64,000 nt of DNA from Candidatus Omnitrophota bacterium (GCA_003598025.1 QZKH01000002.1:138133-202132), one strand, 5' to 3'. Shown: positions 47,793 through 57,509, numbered from the stretch's first letter. Made by a program: numbers and translations. The notes: a model not told the origin generated them from the sequence alone.

Positions 47793-49013
47793 ATGATTGA
47801 ATTTCCCGGAGGTTTCTTATGGGGTGCAGCAACTTCTGCTTACCAGGTCGAAGGAAATAATATACATAGTGACTGGTGGCAATGGGAGAAATCCGGAAAA
47901 CTGAAATTCCAATCTGGCAAGGCCTGCCTTCACTATGAACTTTATAAGGAAGATTTTAATTTAGCTAAATCACTTCACCATAACGCCCACCGCATTTCAA
48001 TAGAATGGTCGCGTATAGAACCAGCAATAGGCCAGTTTAATGAAAAAGAAATCGACCATTATAAACAGGTAATCCTGGAATTAAGGCGCAATAATATAGA
48101 GCCAATAGTCACTCTGCACCATTTTACCAATCCTGCCTGGTTTACAGAATCCGGAGGCTGGCTGGATAAAAAATGCACCTCCCATTTTATAAAATATGTT
48201 GAGAAACTACTTTACGCATTTGGGGACAAAGTCAAATACTGGATTACAATAAATGAACCATTTATTTACTCTTACTATTCATATATCGAGGGAACTTGGC
48301 CGCCGCAGGTAAAGTCGTTTAGCAAGGCAAAAAAGGTACTTAATAATCTGGCTTTAACCCATATAAAGACCTATAGGCTTATCCACGAGTATTATAAAGC
48401 AAACCGCCTTGGTTTGCCTCTGGTCAGCATAGCAAAGAATATGCAGGCATTTATGCCTTGTATCCCAAGCCTGAAAAATATATTAGCCGCCTATTTGAGA
48501 GATAGGATTTATAATCACAATATGCTTGCCTATTTTTGCCGGAAAAGAACCCTTGATTTTATAGGCGTAAATTATTACTCCAGGAGTCTGGTTGAGGTAG
48601 GCGGCTTGAGTTTGAAAAACATACTTCTGGATACCTGCCAGAATAGCCATAGTAAACTTTTGAAAAATTCCCTGGGCTGGGACATATACCCTGAGGGGCT
48701 CTTCAAAATTCTCTGCGGTCTGAAATGTTTCGGGTTACCGGTATTAATTACCGAAAACGGGATCTGCACAGAAGACGATAACCTGAGGTGGAGCTTTATC
48801 CACGACCACTTGTATAATATCAATCTGGCCGTTAGACAGGGTGTCAAAGTCATGGGTTATATTTACTGGTCGCTAATTGACAATTTTGAATGGGATAAGG
48901 GCTTTGGCCCGAGATTTGGGCTTGTAGAGGTAGATTATGCTACATTAAAGCGTAAAGTCAGAGAAAGCGCTTATAAGTATTCACAGGTGTGCAAAACCAA
49001 CAAGCTTGATTGA
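47793..49013 (+). CDS. Glycoside hydrolase family 1 (beta-glucosidase/beta-galactosidase-like)
   Basis: GH1 N-terminal FLWGAATSAYQVEG, acid/base TINEP, nucleophile ITENG. Confidence 0.9.
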   Translation: MIEFPGGFLWGAATSAYQVEGNNIHSDWWQWEKSGKLKFQSGKACLHYELYKEDFNLAKSLHHNAHRISIEWSRIEPAIGQFNEKEIDHYKQVILELRRNNIEPIVTLHHFTNPAWFTESGGWLDKKCTSHFIKYVEKLLYAFGDKVKYWITINEPFIYSYYSYIEGTWPPQVKSFSKAKKVLNNLALTHIKTYRLIHEYYKANRLGLPLVSIAKNMQAFMPCIPSLKNILAAYLRDRIYNHNMLAYFCRKRTLDFIGVNYYSRSLVEVGGLSLKNILLDTCQNSHSKLLKNSLGWDIYPEGLFKILCGLKCFGLPVLITENGICTEDDNLRWSFIHDHLYNINLAVRQGVKVMGYIYWSLIDNFEWDKGFGPRFGLVEVDYATLKRKVRESAYKYSQVCKTNKLD

Positions 49014-51031
49014 TGGAGATTGAAGACAGAAACTTAATATTTGAAGATATACCTTTATTTTCCGGATTAAATAAGGAAGAGCTGGAATTTGTCAAGGAGC
49101 ACTCCAGTTTCCTTGAGCTAACAAAAGGCCAGATAGTATATGAAGAAAATTCTCCTGCCGACGCTTTTTATTGTGTTGTCTTTGGCAGGGTGGTCATTTA
49201 TACTTTGGATAATGATAAAAATAGGACCGTGCTTGAATATCTTCACAGAGGAAAATATTTCGGCATCATATCTCTCTTGACAGGTGATAACCATTCTGTT
49301 ACAGCGCAGGCGCTTAATGATTGCCTGCTTTTAATGATAAAAAAGGATGACTTCGACCTCATTCTTAAAAATATCCCGCGCCTGGCTATAGATTTAAGCC
49401 TTTCTTTGTCGCGTAGGCTCAAAGATAAGGACTTGCATCAGAAGATTATATTTGAAACGACTGTTATATCGGTTTTTAGCTCGCATTCCCTTGCCGGCAA
49501 AACCGTATATTCGCTTAATCTGGCACTCAGCCTCAGTAAAGAAACAAAAAAGAAGGTAATGATCCTTGAGGTCTTTCCTGAAGACGGGATTCACAGCCTG
49601 CCGAATAAGTTTGAAATAACATCTGGCTATAAGCCATTTAATACAAGCAAGCTGATGTTGACCGATTCAAGCCAAATCGGGGGATATATACTGAAAAACA
49701 GATTTGGCATAGACCTGATGTGCGTTTATTATAAGCCGGAGGATAAGTATTTTCTGAAGCAGTTCGTTAAGATAATAAGCTTTCTGGTGAATGATTATAA
49801 TTATATTATAGTGGATCTGCCTACGGACATGGATATAGCTGTTTTTAATATACTTAACCAGTCCGACCTTATCCATATTCTGACCTGCGGGCAAGAGGTT
49901 GATTTAGAAAAGACACGCCATCTTATTGATAGGCTGAAGTCCGAATTCCATTTTCTTGAGAACAAGATAAAGATCATCATCAATGAATATAAGTCCAGCA
50001 AGCTGAGTTATGAACAGCAGAAAGAATTCATAGGCGGGGATATATTTGCGACCCTGCCTAAAATGGAGTTTGGCTCTACCGAGAGAATGATACTGGATAA
50101 TCCGTTTTCAGAATATTCAAAAGCAGTAAGGCGTATTTCGCGTAATCTCGGTGATTGCCAGGTTGGTTTGGCGCTGGGGGTAGGTTTTGCTTATGGCTTC
50201 TGCCATATAGGCGTATTAAAAGTAATAGAAGAAGAGGGTATCCCTATTGACGTCATTTCAGGCTCGAGCATCGGCGCCCTCATAGCCGCGTTATGGGCAA
50301 CGGGAAGGAGCGCCGAGGAGATAGCCGAGATTATTGCCAGAGAGTTTAAGGAACCGAAGTTTATATGGCAGATTATAGACTTGACATTCCCAAGGCTCGG
50401 GTTTATAAAAGGGAATAAACTTTACAGGTTTTTCAAAAAATACCTTGGTAACAAGACTTTTCATGATATAAGGCTGCCTTTGTGTATTATCGCCAGCGAC
50501 GTCAAGCGCAAAGAATCCAGGGTAATAAACAGCGGGTTGCTTATAGACGCAGTTATGGCTAGCTGTTCCATGCCGGGAGTTTTCACGCCATTCAGGCTCA
50601 AAGAGGAGCTATTGCTTGACGGTGGGGTGATAAACCCGTTACCAACAGAGATACTGTTTAAAATGGGCATGCGCAAGATTATCGCAGTAAATGTCACTCC
50701 TTCCAAGGAAGACGTCATAAAGCAATATAACAGCGTAAAGAACAATTTTGACGGTATGGCAGTAAAAAGTATCAAGAAAGCAGGTTTTAGTATAAGGAAT
50801 TATTTAAAAGAGAAATTCAAGAATAACATACTGGACCTTATTTTCAGCAGTATAGAGATGATGCAGTCCGAAATGGCAGGTAAGGAAGCCCAGCTCGCAG
50901 ATATCGTGCTTCATCCGGATACCAAGGGCCTTTATTGGCTGGAACTGCATAAGGTTGAAGATTTTGCAAAGAGGGGAGAACAGGAAGCCAGGGCAAATCT
51001 TGAAAAAATAAAACAGCTAGTAAATGAATAG
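49010..51031 (+). CDS. cNMP-binding domain / degenerate P-loop-like middle domain / patatin-like phospholipase (NTE-like) protein
   Basis: N-terminal CAP-family cNMP-binding domain (FGIISLLTGDNHSVTAQAL). C-terminal patatin domain with GxSxG (GSSIGA) and a DGG catalytic Asp (LLLDGGVINP). Confidence 0.7.
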   Translation: MMEIEDRNLIFEDIPLFSGLNKEELEFVKEHSSFLELTKGQIVYEENSPADAFYCVVFGRVVIYTLDNDKNRTVLEYLHRGKYFGIISLLTGDNHSVTAQALNDCLLLMIKKDDFDLILKNIPRLAIDLSLSLSRRLKDKDLHQKIIFETTVISVFSSHSLAGKTVYSLNLALSLSKETKKKVMILEVFPEDGIHSLPNKFEITSGYKPFNTSKLMLTDSSQIGGYILKNRFGIDLMCVYYKPEDKYFLKQFVKIISFLVNDYNYIIVDLPTDMDIAVFNILNQSDLIHILTCGQEVDLEKTRHLIDRLKSEFHFLENKIKIIINEYKSSKLSYEQQKEFIGGDIFATLPKMEFGSTERMILDNPFSEYSKAVRRISRNLGDCQVGLALGVGFAYGFCHIGVLKVIEEEGIPIDVISGSSIGALIAALWATGRSAEEIAEIIAREFKEPKFIWQIIDLTFPRLGFIKGNKLYRFFKKYLGNKTFHDIRLPLCIIASDVKRKESRVINSGLLIDAVMASCSMPGVFTPFRLKEELLLDGGVINPLPTEILFKMGMRKIIAVNVTPSKEDVIKQYNSVKNNFDGMAVKSIKKAGFSIRNYLKEKFKNNILDLIFSSIEMMQSEMAGKEAQLADIVLHPDTKGLYWLELHKVEDFAKRGEQEARANLEKIKQLVNE

Positions 51032-51049
51032 CAAAAATACGGAGGAAGT

Positions 51050-51508
51050 ATGAATAGGGGGAATTTAAAAAAGTTAAAGAGGCGTCTTTTAACGTTATTT
51101 GTTATATCGGTAGTTACTTCCTGCCTGGCAGGTTGCGCAGGGCTCAAGGAAGCAACCAGGGGCGTTATGGGCACATCGACAAAAATACTTGAAGAAGGTA
51201 AAGCAGAAGCAGTAAAGAAATCTTTTCAAATTGATTACAATTCCTGCGATGCCTCAATCAGGAAGACCTTAAAAAGAATAGGGGCTTATATTTACAGGGA
51301 TGATCCGGAAAAAAGAATGATCGCCGTTTATCTTTCTTACGAGGATACTACGCCTGTGGGCATATTCCTTACCGGGATAGATGCAGCTAACACTCAGATA
51401 GAGGTATCTTCTCCGAGCAAATATGCAAAAGAATTCATCGCCCAAAAAATATTTTTTGCCATTGAGAACCCCAAAGAAGCAGAAGGAGAAACAAATGAGA
51501 TCAAGTAA
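51050..51508 (+). CDS. Hypothetical lipoprotein
   Basis: Signal peptide with lipobox LAGCAG; no recognised domain. Confidence 0.4.
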   Translation: MNRGNLKKLKRRLLTLFVISVVTSCLAGCAGLKEATRGVMGTSTKILEEGKAEAVKKSFQIDYNSCDASIRKTLKRIGAYIYRDDPEKRMIAVYLSYEDTTPVGIFLTGIDAANTQIEVSSPSKYAKEFIAQKIFFAIENPKEAEGETNEIK

Positions 51509-51803
51509 ATGGAACATAGATAAATATATCACCGAATGCCATAGTATAGCCAGGCAGAAAGGCTGGTGGGATGCTCAGCGTAGTGACGGAGAACTCATTG
51601 CTTTAATGCATTCCGAGCTTTCGGAGGCCCTGGAAGCTATGCGCGGGCATGGCACCAAAGATAACATCGCCGAAGAGCTGGCTGATTGTTGTATAAGGAT
51701 ATTTGATTATTGCGGAGCAAAGAATATCGAGCTGGATAAAATGCTGAGAAAAAAGATAGAATACAATAAAACAAGGCCTTACAGGCATGGAAAGAAATTC
51801 TAG
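51495..51803 (+). CDS. Small MazG-like all-alpha NTP pyrophosphohydrolase
   Basis: HSELSEALEAMR and AEELADCCIRIFDY EExx(E/D) motifs; C-terminal NKTRPYRHGKKF. Start at ATG 51495. Confidence 0.55.
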   Translation: MRSSKWNIDKYITECHSIARQKGWWDAQRSDGELIALMHSELSEALEAMRGHGTKDNIAEELADCCIRIFDYCGAKNIELDKMLRKKIEYNKTRPYRHGKKF

Positions 51804-52455
51804 GGGTTTTTGGAGCGCTTACGAAGCCAAGCTATTTGATAAAAAAGTTAATGCCCGTATCGGCATTCCGGTTCTGCTGCTTATGGAAAATGCCGGCAGC
51901 GCAGTAGCTTATCATGCGCTGCGTATGCTTGGTAAAAGAAAAAAAGTTGTAATTTTCTGCGGGAAGGGGAATAATGGAGGGGACGGTCTGGTAGCTGGCC
52001 GTCATCTTGTTTCAATGGGTGTTAAGCCAGATATTTTTATGTTAGGAGGCTCGCATAATTTAAAGAGCGCTTCTTTGGTAAATTTTTTGATTTTAAAGAA
52101 ATTAGGGCAAAAAATATCAGAATTAAACAGCAATAGTATAAGTCGCTTAAAAAAGACGATTTCATCTTACGATTTGATTATTGACGCCATCTTTGGCGTA
52201 GGCCTCAGGAATGAGGTTGGCGGCCTTTATGCCGATGTGATTGGATTAATCAATTCTTCCGGTTGCAGTGTTTTGTCAGTTGATTTACCTTCAGGGATGA
52301 ATGCAGATACAGGCATGGCCATGGGGGATTGCGTAAAAGCCGACAGGACAGTAACTTTTATGATGAAAAAAGCCGGGATGTGTAATAAAATAGGGCTTAG
52401 TTATTGCGGTAAGATAATAGTAAGCAATTTAGGGGTACCGAAAACAACTGTTTAA
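51787..52455 (+). CDS. YjeF N-terminal-domain protein (NAD(P)H-hydrate epimerase-like), no YjeF_C domain
   Basis: VVIFCGKGNNGGDGLVAGRHL motif. Confidence 0.75.
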   Translation: MERNSRGFWSAYEAKLFDKKVNARIGIPVLLLMENAGSAVAYHALRMLGKRKKVVIFCGKGNNGGDGLVAGRHLVSMGVKPDIFMLGGSHNLKSASLVNFLILKKLGQKISELNSNSISRLKKTISSYDLIIDAIFGVGLRNEVGGLYADVIGLINSSGCSVLSVDLPSGMNADTGMAMGDCVKADRTVTFMMKKAGMCNKIGLSYCGKIIVSNLGVPKTTV

Positions 52456-52467
52456 CAAGGAGGCAAA

Positions 52468-52701
52468 ATGCCGTACGATACAAGTCTTGATGAGCAACTG
52501 TTCCAGAAGGAATGGGAATCGGAGAATACAAAGATTGTTATAAGCGTCCATTCCTATAATAAAGGCGCAAAGAAACTTCAGGTTACCAGGGAAGTCAAGG
52601 ATAAAGAGGGAAATTTTATTTATGCCAAACTTGGAAGGATGTCTAAAGAAGAAGTCGAAGGCATAATGCCCCTCATTGAAGAAGCTTTAAAAAAGATGTA
52701 A
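52468..52701 (+). CDS. Small PC4/YdbC-like protein (tentative)
   Basis: 77 aa. The pattern KIVISVHSYNKGAKKLQVTREVKDKEGNFIYAKLGRMSKEEVEGIMPLIEEALKK resembles the bacterial PC4-like ssDNA-binding fold. Confidence 0.35.
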   Translation: MPYDTSLDEQLFQKEWESENTKIVISVHSYNKGAKKLQVTREVKDKEGNFIYAKLGRMSKEEVEGIMPLIEEALKKM

Positions 52702-52739
52702 GTATCTGGATATTTAGTTGTATCTGTAAAGCAGACTGT

Positions 52740-54308
52740 ATGAAAAATAGATTAAAAAGGGATAGCTGGGGCTCAAGGCTCGGAGTTATTATGGCTGTTG
52801 CCGGTTCAGCCATTGGTTTGGGAAATTTTTTAAGGTTTCCTGCCAAGGCAGCTTCTAACGGCGGCGGCGCTTTCATGATCCCTTATTTTATTTCATTATT
52901 TTTATTAGGCATACCGCTTATGTGGGTAGAGTGGACCCTGGGGCGGTTCGGAGGGGGGTTTGAGCACGGCACAGCTCCGGGAATATTTCATAGCCTTTTA
53001 AAGAAAAACAGATTTATTAAATATTTCGGCGTCATAGGTATATTCGGCCCGCTGGTAATCTTTATTTATTATACCTACATAGAATCTTGGACCCTGGCTT
53101 ATAGTTTTTTCTCGATTGTTGGGAAATACAGCCGCATAGCAGATCAGGGCGTTATGCAGAGTTTCTTAAGGGGTTTTCAGGGGCTTGAATCAAACATCTT
53201 TTTTAATAGCCTTGGGCCCGCATATATCTTTTTTCTCATAACATTTATCGTCAATATAAGCGTCATATATTATGGCATAAGGTCAGGTATAGAAAGATTG
53301 TGCAAGATCGCCATGCCTTTTTTGTTCTTCTGCGGGCTTATACTTATGGTGCGTACATTAACCCTGGGAGCACCGGATGCGCTTAAGCCTGACTGGAATG
53401 TTTCTAACGGCTTCGGCTTCTTATGGAACCCGGATTTTACGGCATTAAAATCCGCCAAGGTTTGGCTTGAGGCTGCAGGCCAGATATTTTTTACTTTAAG
53501 CGTAGGTATAGGTGTCATTTTAACCTACGCAAGTTATCTTTCTAAAGGAGACGATGTAGTTTTGTCCGGCTTGAGCGCGGCCAGCACTAATGAGGTGGCA
53601 GAAGTAATATTGGGTGCCAGTATAATCATACCGGCAGCCTTCACATTCTTTGGCCCTTATCAGATACAAGAGATAGCTAATTCAGGAGTTTTTAATCTTG
53701 GATTTGTCACAATGCCTTTGATAGTTAACCATCTTCCCTTATCCGAGTTGTTTGGGTTCTTATGGTTCTTTCTTTTGTTTATAGCCGGCGTTACTTCCTC
53801 GGTTTCTTTAGCCCAGCCTGCTATCGCTTTTCTTGAAGATGAGTTTGATATCGGCAGAAAAAAAGCGGTAGCAATATTTGGGGTAGTATCATTTTTATTA
53901 TGCCAGCCGGCAATATTTTTCCTTAAAAACGGCGTTGTTGACGAATTGGATTTCTGGGGGGGGACATTCTTCCTGGTAGTTTTTGCCACTATAGAGGTTA
54001 TACTTTTTGCCTGGATTTTCGGGATGGAAAAAGCCTGGGATGAGATTCATAAAGGCGCAGATATGAGGGTGCCGCAGGTTTATAAATTTATTATTAAGTA
54101 CATTACCCCTTTATTTCTGTTTGCAATACTGGGGATGTGGTTTTGGCAGGAATGGCTGCCGATAATACTGCTTAAAGGTGTTTCTGCTTCTAATATGCCT
54201 TTTATAATCAGCACCAGGGCGGGGTTATTTATTATATTGCTTACTTTGATAATTTTAGTTAAGATAGCTTGGAGCAGGAAAATAACCGCGTCGGAGAATA
54301 TAAGATGA
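52740..54308 (+). CDS. Sodium-dependent transporter, neurotransmitter:sodium symporter (SNF/NSS) family
   Basis: N-terminal WGSRLGVIMAVAGSAIGLGNFLRFP, 12 TM. Confidence 0.9.
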   Translation: MKNRLKRDSWGSRLGVIMAVAGSAIGLGNFLRFPAKAASNGGGAFMIPYFISLFLLGIPLMWVEWTLGRFGGGFEHGTAPGIFHSLLKKNRFIKYFGVIGIFGPLVIFIYYTYIESWTLAYSFFSIVGKYSRIADQGVMQSFLRGFQGLESNIFFNSLGPAYIFFLITFIVNISVIYYGIRSGIERLCKIAMPFLFFCGLILMVRTLTLGAPDALKPDWNVSNGFGFLWNPDFTALKSAKVWLEAAGQIFFTLSVGIGVILTYASYLSKGDDVVLSGLSAASTNEVAEVILGASIIIPAAFTFFGPYQIQEIANSGVFNLGFVTMPLIVNHLPLSELFGFLWFFLLFIAGVTSSVSLAQPAIAFLEDEFDIGRKKAVAIFGVVSFLLCQPAIFFLKNGVVDELDFWGGTFFLVVFATIEVILFAWIFGMEKAWDEIHKGADMRVPQVYKFIIKYITPLFLFAILGMWFWQEWLPIILLKGVSASNMPFIISTRAGLFIILLTLIILVKIAWSRKITASENIR

Positions 54309-54405
54309 ATCTGGCCGGCTGGGTACTTTTAATTTTATCTTGGGGGACTATATTGTATCTGACAGTAGTCTGTTTTAAAAGAGTTTTGACAAAAAAGGTG
54401 CTTAA

Positions 54406-54792
54406 ATGAAAAGGATATTTTGTTGTTTTGTCTTGGTTATGTTTTTATGTTCTGTTATTTCCGGATGCGCACCGCTTATAGTCGGTGCCGCAGTCGGCGG
54501 AGTAGCTATGTATGCTGTCAGCAAAGATACGATCCAGGGAGAGACCGACCGGGACTATGATTCTTTATGGAATGCCGCGCTGCTGGTATCGCGCATACGC
54601 GGGAATATCAAGAAAGACGATTATATGAAAGGGTATATAGAGGCAGAGATTGATTCAAGCAGGGTCTATATCCGGCTTAGCAGGGTAACGAGCTCTACCA
54701 TTAAACTGCGGGTATCTGCGCGTAAATACCATTTTCCAAATTTAACATTAGCCCAGGATTTATTTGTCAGGATTGTCGAGGAAGCCAAGTGA
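54406..54792 (+). CDS. Hypothetical lipoprotein
   Basis: Lipobox ISGCAP. Size and topology similar to ORF 51050..51508. Confidence 0.4.
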   Translation: MKRIFCCFVLVMFLCSVISGCAPLIVGAAVGGVAMYAVSKDTIQGETDRDYDSLWNAALLVSRIRGNIKKDDYMKGYIEAEIDSSRVYIRLSRVTSSTIKLRVSARKYHFPNLTLAQDLFVRIVEEAK

Positions 54793-55487
54793 GCAATATA
54801 GCTAATTTTGTTACCTTCCTGAGCCTTTTTTGCGGTTTTTTCTCAATAGTCTTTTCGTTAGAAGGCCATTTTACTTTTGCCTGCTGGGCAATAATATGTT
54901 CAGTAGTATTTGACGGGCTGGACGGCAAAGTGGCAAGGTTCATATCTAAATCAAGCCCTTTGGGCAAAGAACTGGATTCTTTAGTTGATGTGATATGTTT
55001 TGGCCTGGCTCCGGCAATCCTGGGTTACATCTTTGTATATAGAAATTTTTTCATCTGGGCATTTGTTTCTTTATTCATATATCTTTCTTGCAGCGTTATG
55101 CGCCTGGCGATATACAACATCATTTCAGGCCAACGGCATAATAATTATTTCCTTGGCTTGCCTACTACTGCTTCAGGAGGCGTTTTAGCTTCGTTTATTT
55201 TGATATATAGAAGATATGCAGATGCGCCTGCGCCGGTAACATTTCTTTTTCTTGTGGTTATCCTTTCAGTGCTAATGGTCTCTAGGATAAAATACCCGAA
55301 TTTAAGCGCAATAAGAAAAATGACGGATAACTATGTGCGCCCTATTGCGGCAGTATTAATAGTTATTTTCTTGTTTTTAATATGGTTCTATCTGCGTTTT
55401 ACTGTATTCCCGGCTGAAGTAATCATATTTGTTATTTTCTCAGGCTATTTAATATTTTCTCCTTTTCTTTATAAGAAATTTGTGTAA
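54789..55487 (+). CDS. CDP-alcohol phosphatidyltransferase (phosphatidylserine synthase-like)
   Basis: DGxxAR...G...D...D motif in DGLDGKVARFISKSSPLGKELDSLVD. Confidence 0.75.
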   Translation: MSNIANFVTFLSLFCGFFSIVFSLEGHFTFACWAIICSVVFDGLDGKVARFISKSSPLGKELDSLVDVICFGLAPAILGYIFVYRNFFIWAFVSLFIYLSCSVMRLAIYNIISGQRHNNYFLGLPTTASGGVLASFILIYRRYADAPAPVTFLFLVVILSVLMVSRIKYPNLSAIRKMTDNYVRPIAAVLIVIFLFLIWFYLRFTVFPAEVIIFVIFSGYLIFSPFLYKKFV

Positions 55488-55495
55488 AATATATT

Positions 55496-55548
55496 AGTTC
55501 ATGGTTCATAGTTGATAGTTCATAGATCATAGACGATTATTCATAGAT
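55496..55548 (+). repeat. Direct GTTCATAG-type octamer repeat array immediately upstream of tRNA-Phe
   Basis: gttcatgg, gttcatag, ttgatag, gttcatag, atcatag ... ttcatag. Confidence 0.6.
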
Positions 55549-55549
55549 T

Positions 55550-55621
55550 GCCGAGGTAGCTCAGTGGTAGAGCGCAGCCCTGAAAAGGCTGGCGTGGGGA
55601 GTCCGATTCTCCCCCTCGGCA
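55550..55621 (+). tRNA. tRNA-Phe (anticodon GAA)
   Basis: Cloverleaf folded by hand: acceptor GCCGAGG/CCTCGGC, D arm GCTC-AGTGGTA-GAGC, anticodon stem CAGCC/GGCTG with loop CTGAAAA, T arm GGGAG-TCCGATT-CTCCC, discriminator A. CCA is not encoded. Confidence 0.85.
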
Positions 55622-55768
55622 CTTTTTTAAGATACAGGATTAATGTCTCCCCACGCCAAAAGGGGTGTGGGGAAAAAGTTTCCCCACGTTTGGGGGAGAA
55701 CAGTACGCCTGAGGCGGACGTTAGGAGGGGGCTTGCCCACTCCTAAGGAGTGAGTGTAAACGAACGAC

Positions 55769-55806
55769 GCGTGGGGGAGTCCGATTCTCCCCCTCGGCAC
55801 TTTTTT
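55769..55806 (+). other. Duplicated 3' half of tRNA-Phe (variable loop, T arm, acceptor 3' strand, T-tract)
   Basis: GCGTGGGGGAGTCCGATTCTCCCCCTCGGCACTTTTTT repeats tRNA-Phe 55592..55628 with one extra G. It lies 145 nt downstream of the intact tRNA, across a GC-rich hairpin-rich segment. Confidence 0.6.
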
Positions 55807-55859
55807 CTAAATACACACCTTTATCTTTAAATAAAATTAAAAATATTAAGGAGCTTAAC

Positions 55860-56609
55860 ATGTATAAAATAGTTTTATTGCGCCATGGTGAGAGCACTTG
55901 GAATAAGGAAAACAGATTCACCGGATGGACTGATGTGGACCTTTCGGATAAGGGCATTAAAGAAGCCGGAAAAGCCGGCCAGATCCTGAAGAAAGAAGGC
56001 TTTATTTTTGATATAGCTTTCACTTCTGTTTTAAAGAGGGCAATACGCACCTTGTGGATCGTCCTTGAGGAAATGGACCTTATGTGGATACCGGTTATAA
56101 ATTCCTGGAGATTGAATGAGCGGCATTACGGTTCATTGCAGGGTTTAAATAAATCAGAGATGGCTGCAAAATTCGGTGATAAGCAGGTTTTGATCTGGAG
56201 AAGAAGTTACGATGTCCCTCCGCCGCCTTTGGAAGAAAATGATGAACGTTCTCCTAAAAAAGACCCGCGTTACAAGGATATGGATCCCAAAGATATACCA
56301 TTGACAGAATGCCTTAAGGATACCGTTATCCGCTTTCTGCCATATTGGCATGAAACAATCGCCCCGTCAATTAAGTCAGGCAAGCGTGTTATAATAGCCG
56401 CTCACGGCAATAGCCTGCGCGCTTTAGTCAAATACCTTGATAAGGTTTCTGATGAAGAGATAGTGCATCTAAATATCCCCACTGGCATGCCTCTTGTTTA
56501 TGAATTAGATAAGGATTTAAAACCAATTAAGCATTATTATTTAGGAGACCCTGAAGAAGTAAAGAAAGCAATGGAGGCAGTAGCTGCCCAGGGTAAAGCT
56601 AAGAAATAG
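55860..56609 (+). CDS. gpmA: 2,3-bisphosphoglycerate-dependent phosphoglycerate mutase
   Basis: [10 protein letters not shown] catalytic-His motif and the dPGM fold. Confidence 0.9.
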   Translation: MYKIVLLRHGESTWNKENRFTGWTDVDLSDKGIKEAGKAGQILKKEGFIFDIAFTSVLKRAIRTLWIVLEEMDLMWIPVINSWRLNERHYGSLQGLNKSEMAAKFGDKQVLIWRRSYDVPPPPLEENDERSPKKDPRYKDMDPKDIPLTECLKDTVIRFLPYWHETIAPSIKSGKRVIIAAHGNSLRALVKYLDKVSDEEIVHLNIPTGMPLVYELDKDLKPIKHYYLGDPEEVKKAMEAVAAQGKAKK

Positions 56610-56615
56610 AAGGCC

Positions 56616-57110
56616 ATGGCAAATTTCTCTTTTGATATTGTTTCTGAGGTAGACTTGCAGGAGATGGATAATGCAGTAAATCAGGCGCTTAAAGAACTAA
56701 GCCAGCGCTATGATTTTAAGGGGAGCAAGGCAACTATCGAATACGACAGGAAAGAGAAAAAAATAATTTTAATCGCAGAGGATGATTTTAAATTGCGTTC
56801 TCTTACCGATATACTGGCTACCAGGATGGCCAAAAGAGGTATTTCGCTTAAAGCGCTTAAGTTTAATGACCCTGAAAAGGCCTTTGGCGACCAGATAAGG
56901 CAGACTTTAGAGATACGCATGGGCATAGACAAAGAGAAAGCAAAAGAGCTTACCGGAATAATAAAGAACCTTGGGTTCAAAGTGCAGGCGCAAATCGAAG
57001 GGGAAAAAATAAAAGTCAGTTCTGCAAAAAAAGATGAACTTCAGGCAGTTATTGTGCATCTGAAGGGCTTGAATTTCTCAATTCCGCTTAATTTCTGCAA
57101 TTATCGTTGA
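56616..57110 (+). CDS. yajQ: YajQ-family (UPF0234) nucleotide/c-di-GMP-binding protein
   Basis: N-terminal FSFDIVSEVDLQEMDNAVNQA, typical of YajQ. Confidence 0.8.
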   Translation: MANFSFDIVSEVDLQEMDNAVNQALKELSQRYDFKGSKATIEYDRKEKKIILIAEDDFKLRSLTDILATRMAKRGISLKALKFNDPEKAFGDQIRQTLEIRMGIDKEKAKELTGIIKNLGFKVQAQIEGEKIKVSSAKKDELQAVIVHLKGLNFSIPLNFCNYR

Positions 57111-57140
57111 CCACACAAACCTTATTTAGGCAAATAAATA

Positions 57141-57170
57141 AAAAACCGCTTCAAAAGAAGCGGTTTTTTA
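57141..57170. terminator. Bidirectional intrinsic terminator between yajQ (+) and the cold-shock gene (-)
   Basis: AAAAAACCGCTTC-AAAA-GAAGCGGTTTTTT. Confidence 0.7.
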
Positions 57171-57194
57171 TGCTGCTATTTATACGCTAACTAA

Positions 57195-57395
57195 TTATAG
57201 CTTAGTCACGTTAGTAGCTTGTTCACCTTTTGGCCCCTGGGTGATATCAAATTCTACCTCTTGGCCTTCAGCTAAGGTTTTATATCCCTCGCCCTTTATG
57301 GCGCTGTGATGGACAAAGACATCTTTGCCGTTTTCGGTAGTTATAAAACCGTAACCCTTTTGGTTCGAGAACCACTTTACTTTACCCTTTGACAT
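57195..57395 (-). CDS. Cold-shock protein (CspA family)
   Basis: [16 protein letters not shown] with RNP1 and VFVHHSAI with RNP2. Confidence 0.9.
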   Translation of the reverse strand: MSKGKVKWFSNQKGYGFITTENGKDVFVHHSAIKGEGYKTLAEGQEVEFDITQGPKGEQATNVTKL

Positions 57396-57509
57396 GCTTA
57401 AATTTCACCCCCTTCGGCGCAATAAAAAAACCGCAAAGAATATATATGTGCTAGTTCTATTCTTTACGGTTTACATTTCTACTCATTTGCTTTTTTCGTT
57501 TACTAAAAA

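Noticed and set aside
55564-55746. 60-aa + strand ORF (MVERSPEKAGVGSP...)
   Set aside because: It lies entirely over tRNA-Phe and the GC-rich tRNA-duplication segment, so it is an artefact of GC-rich non-coding sequence.
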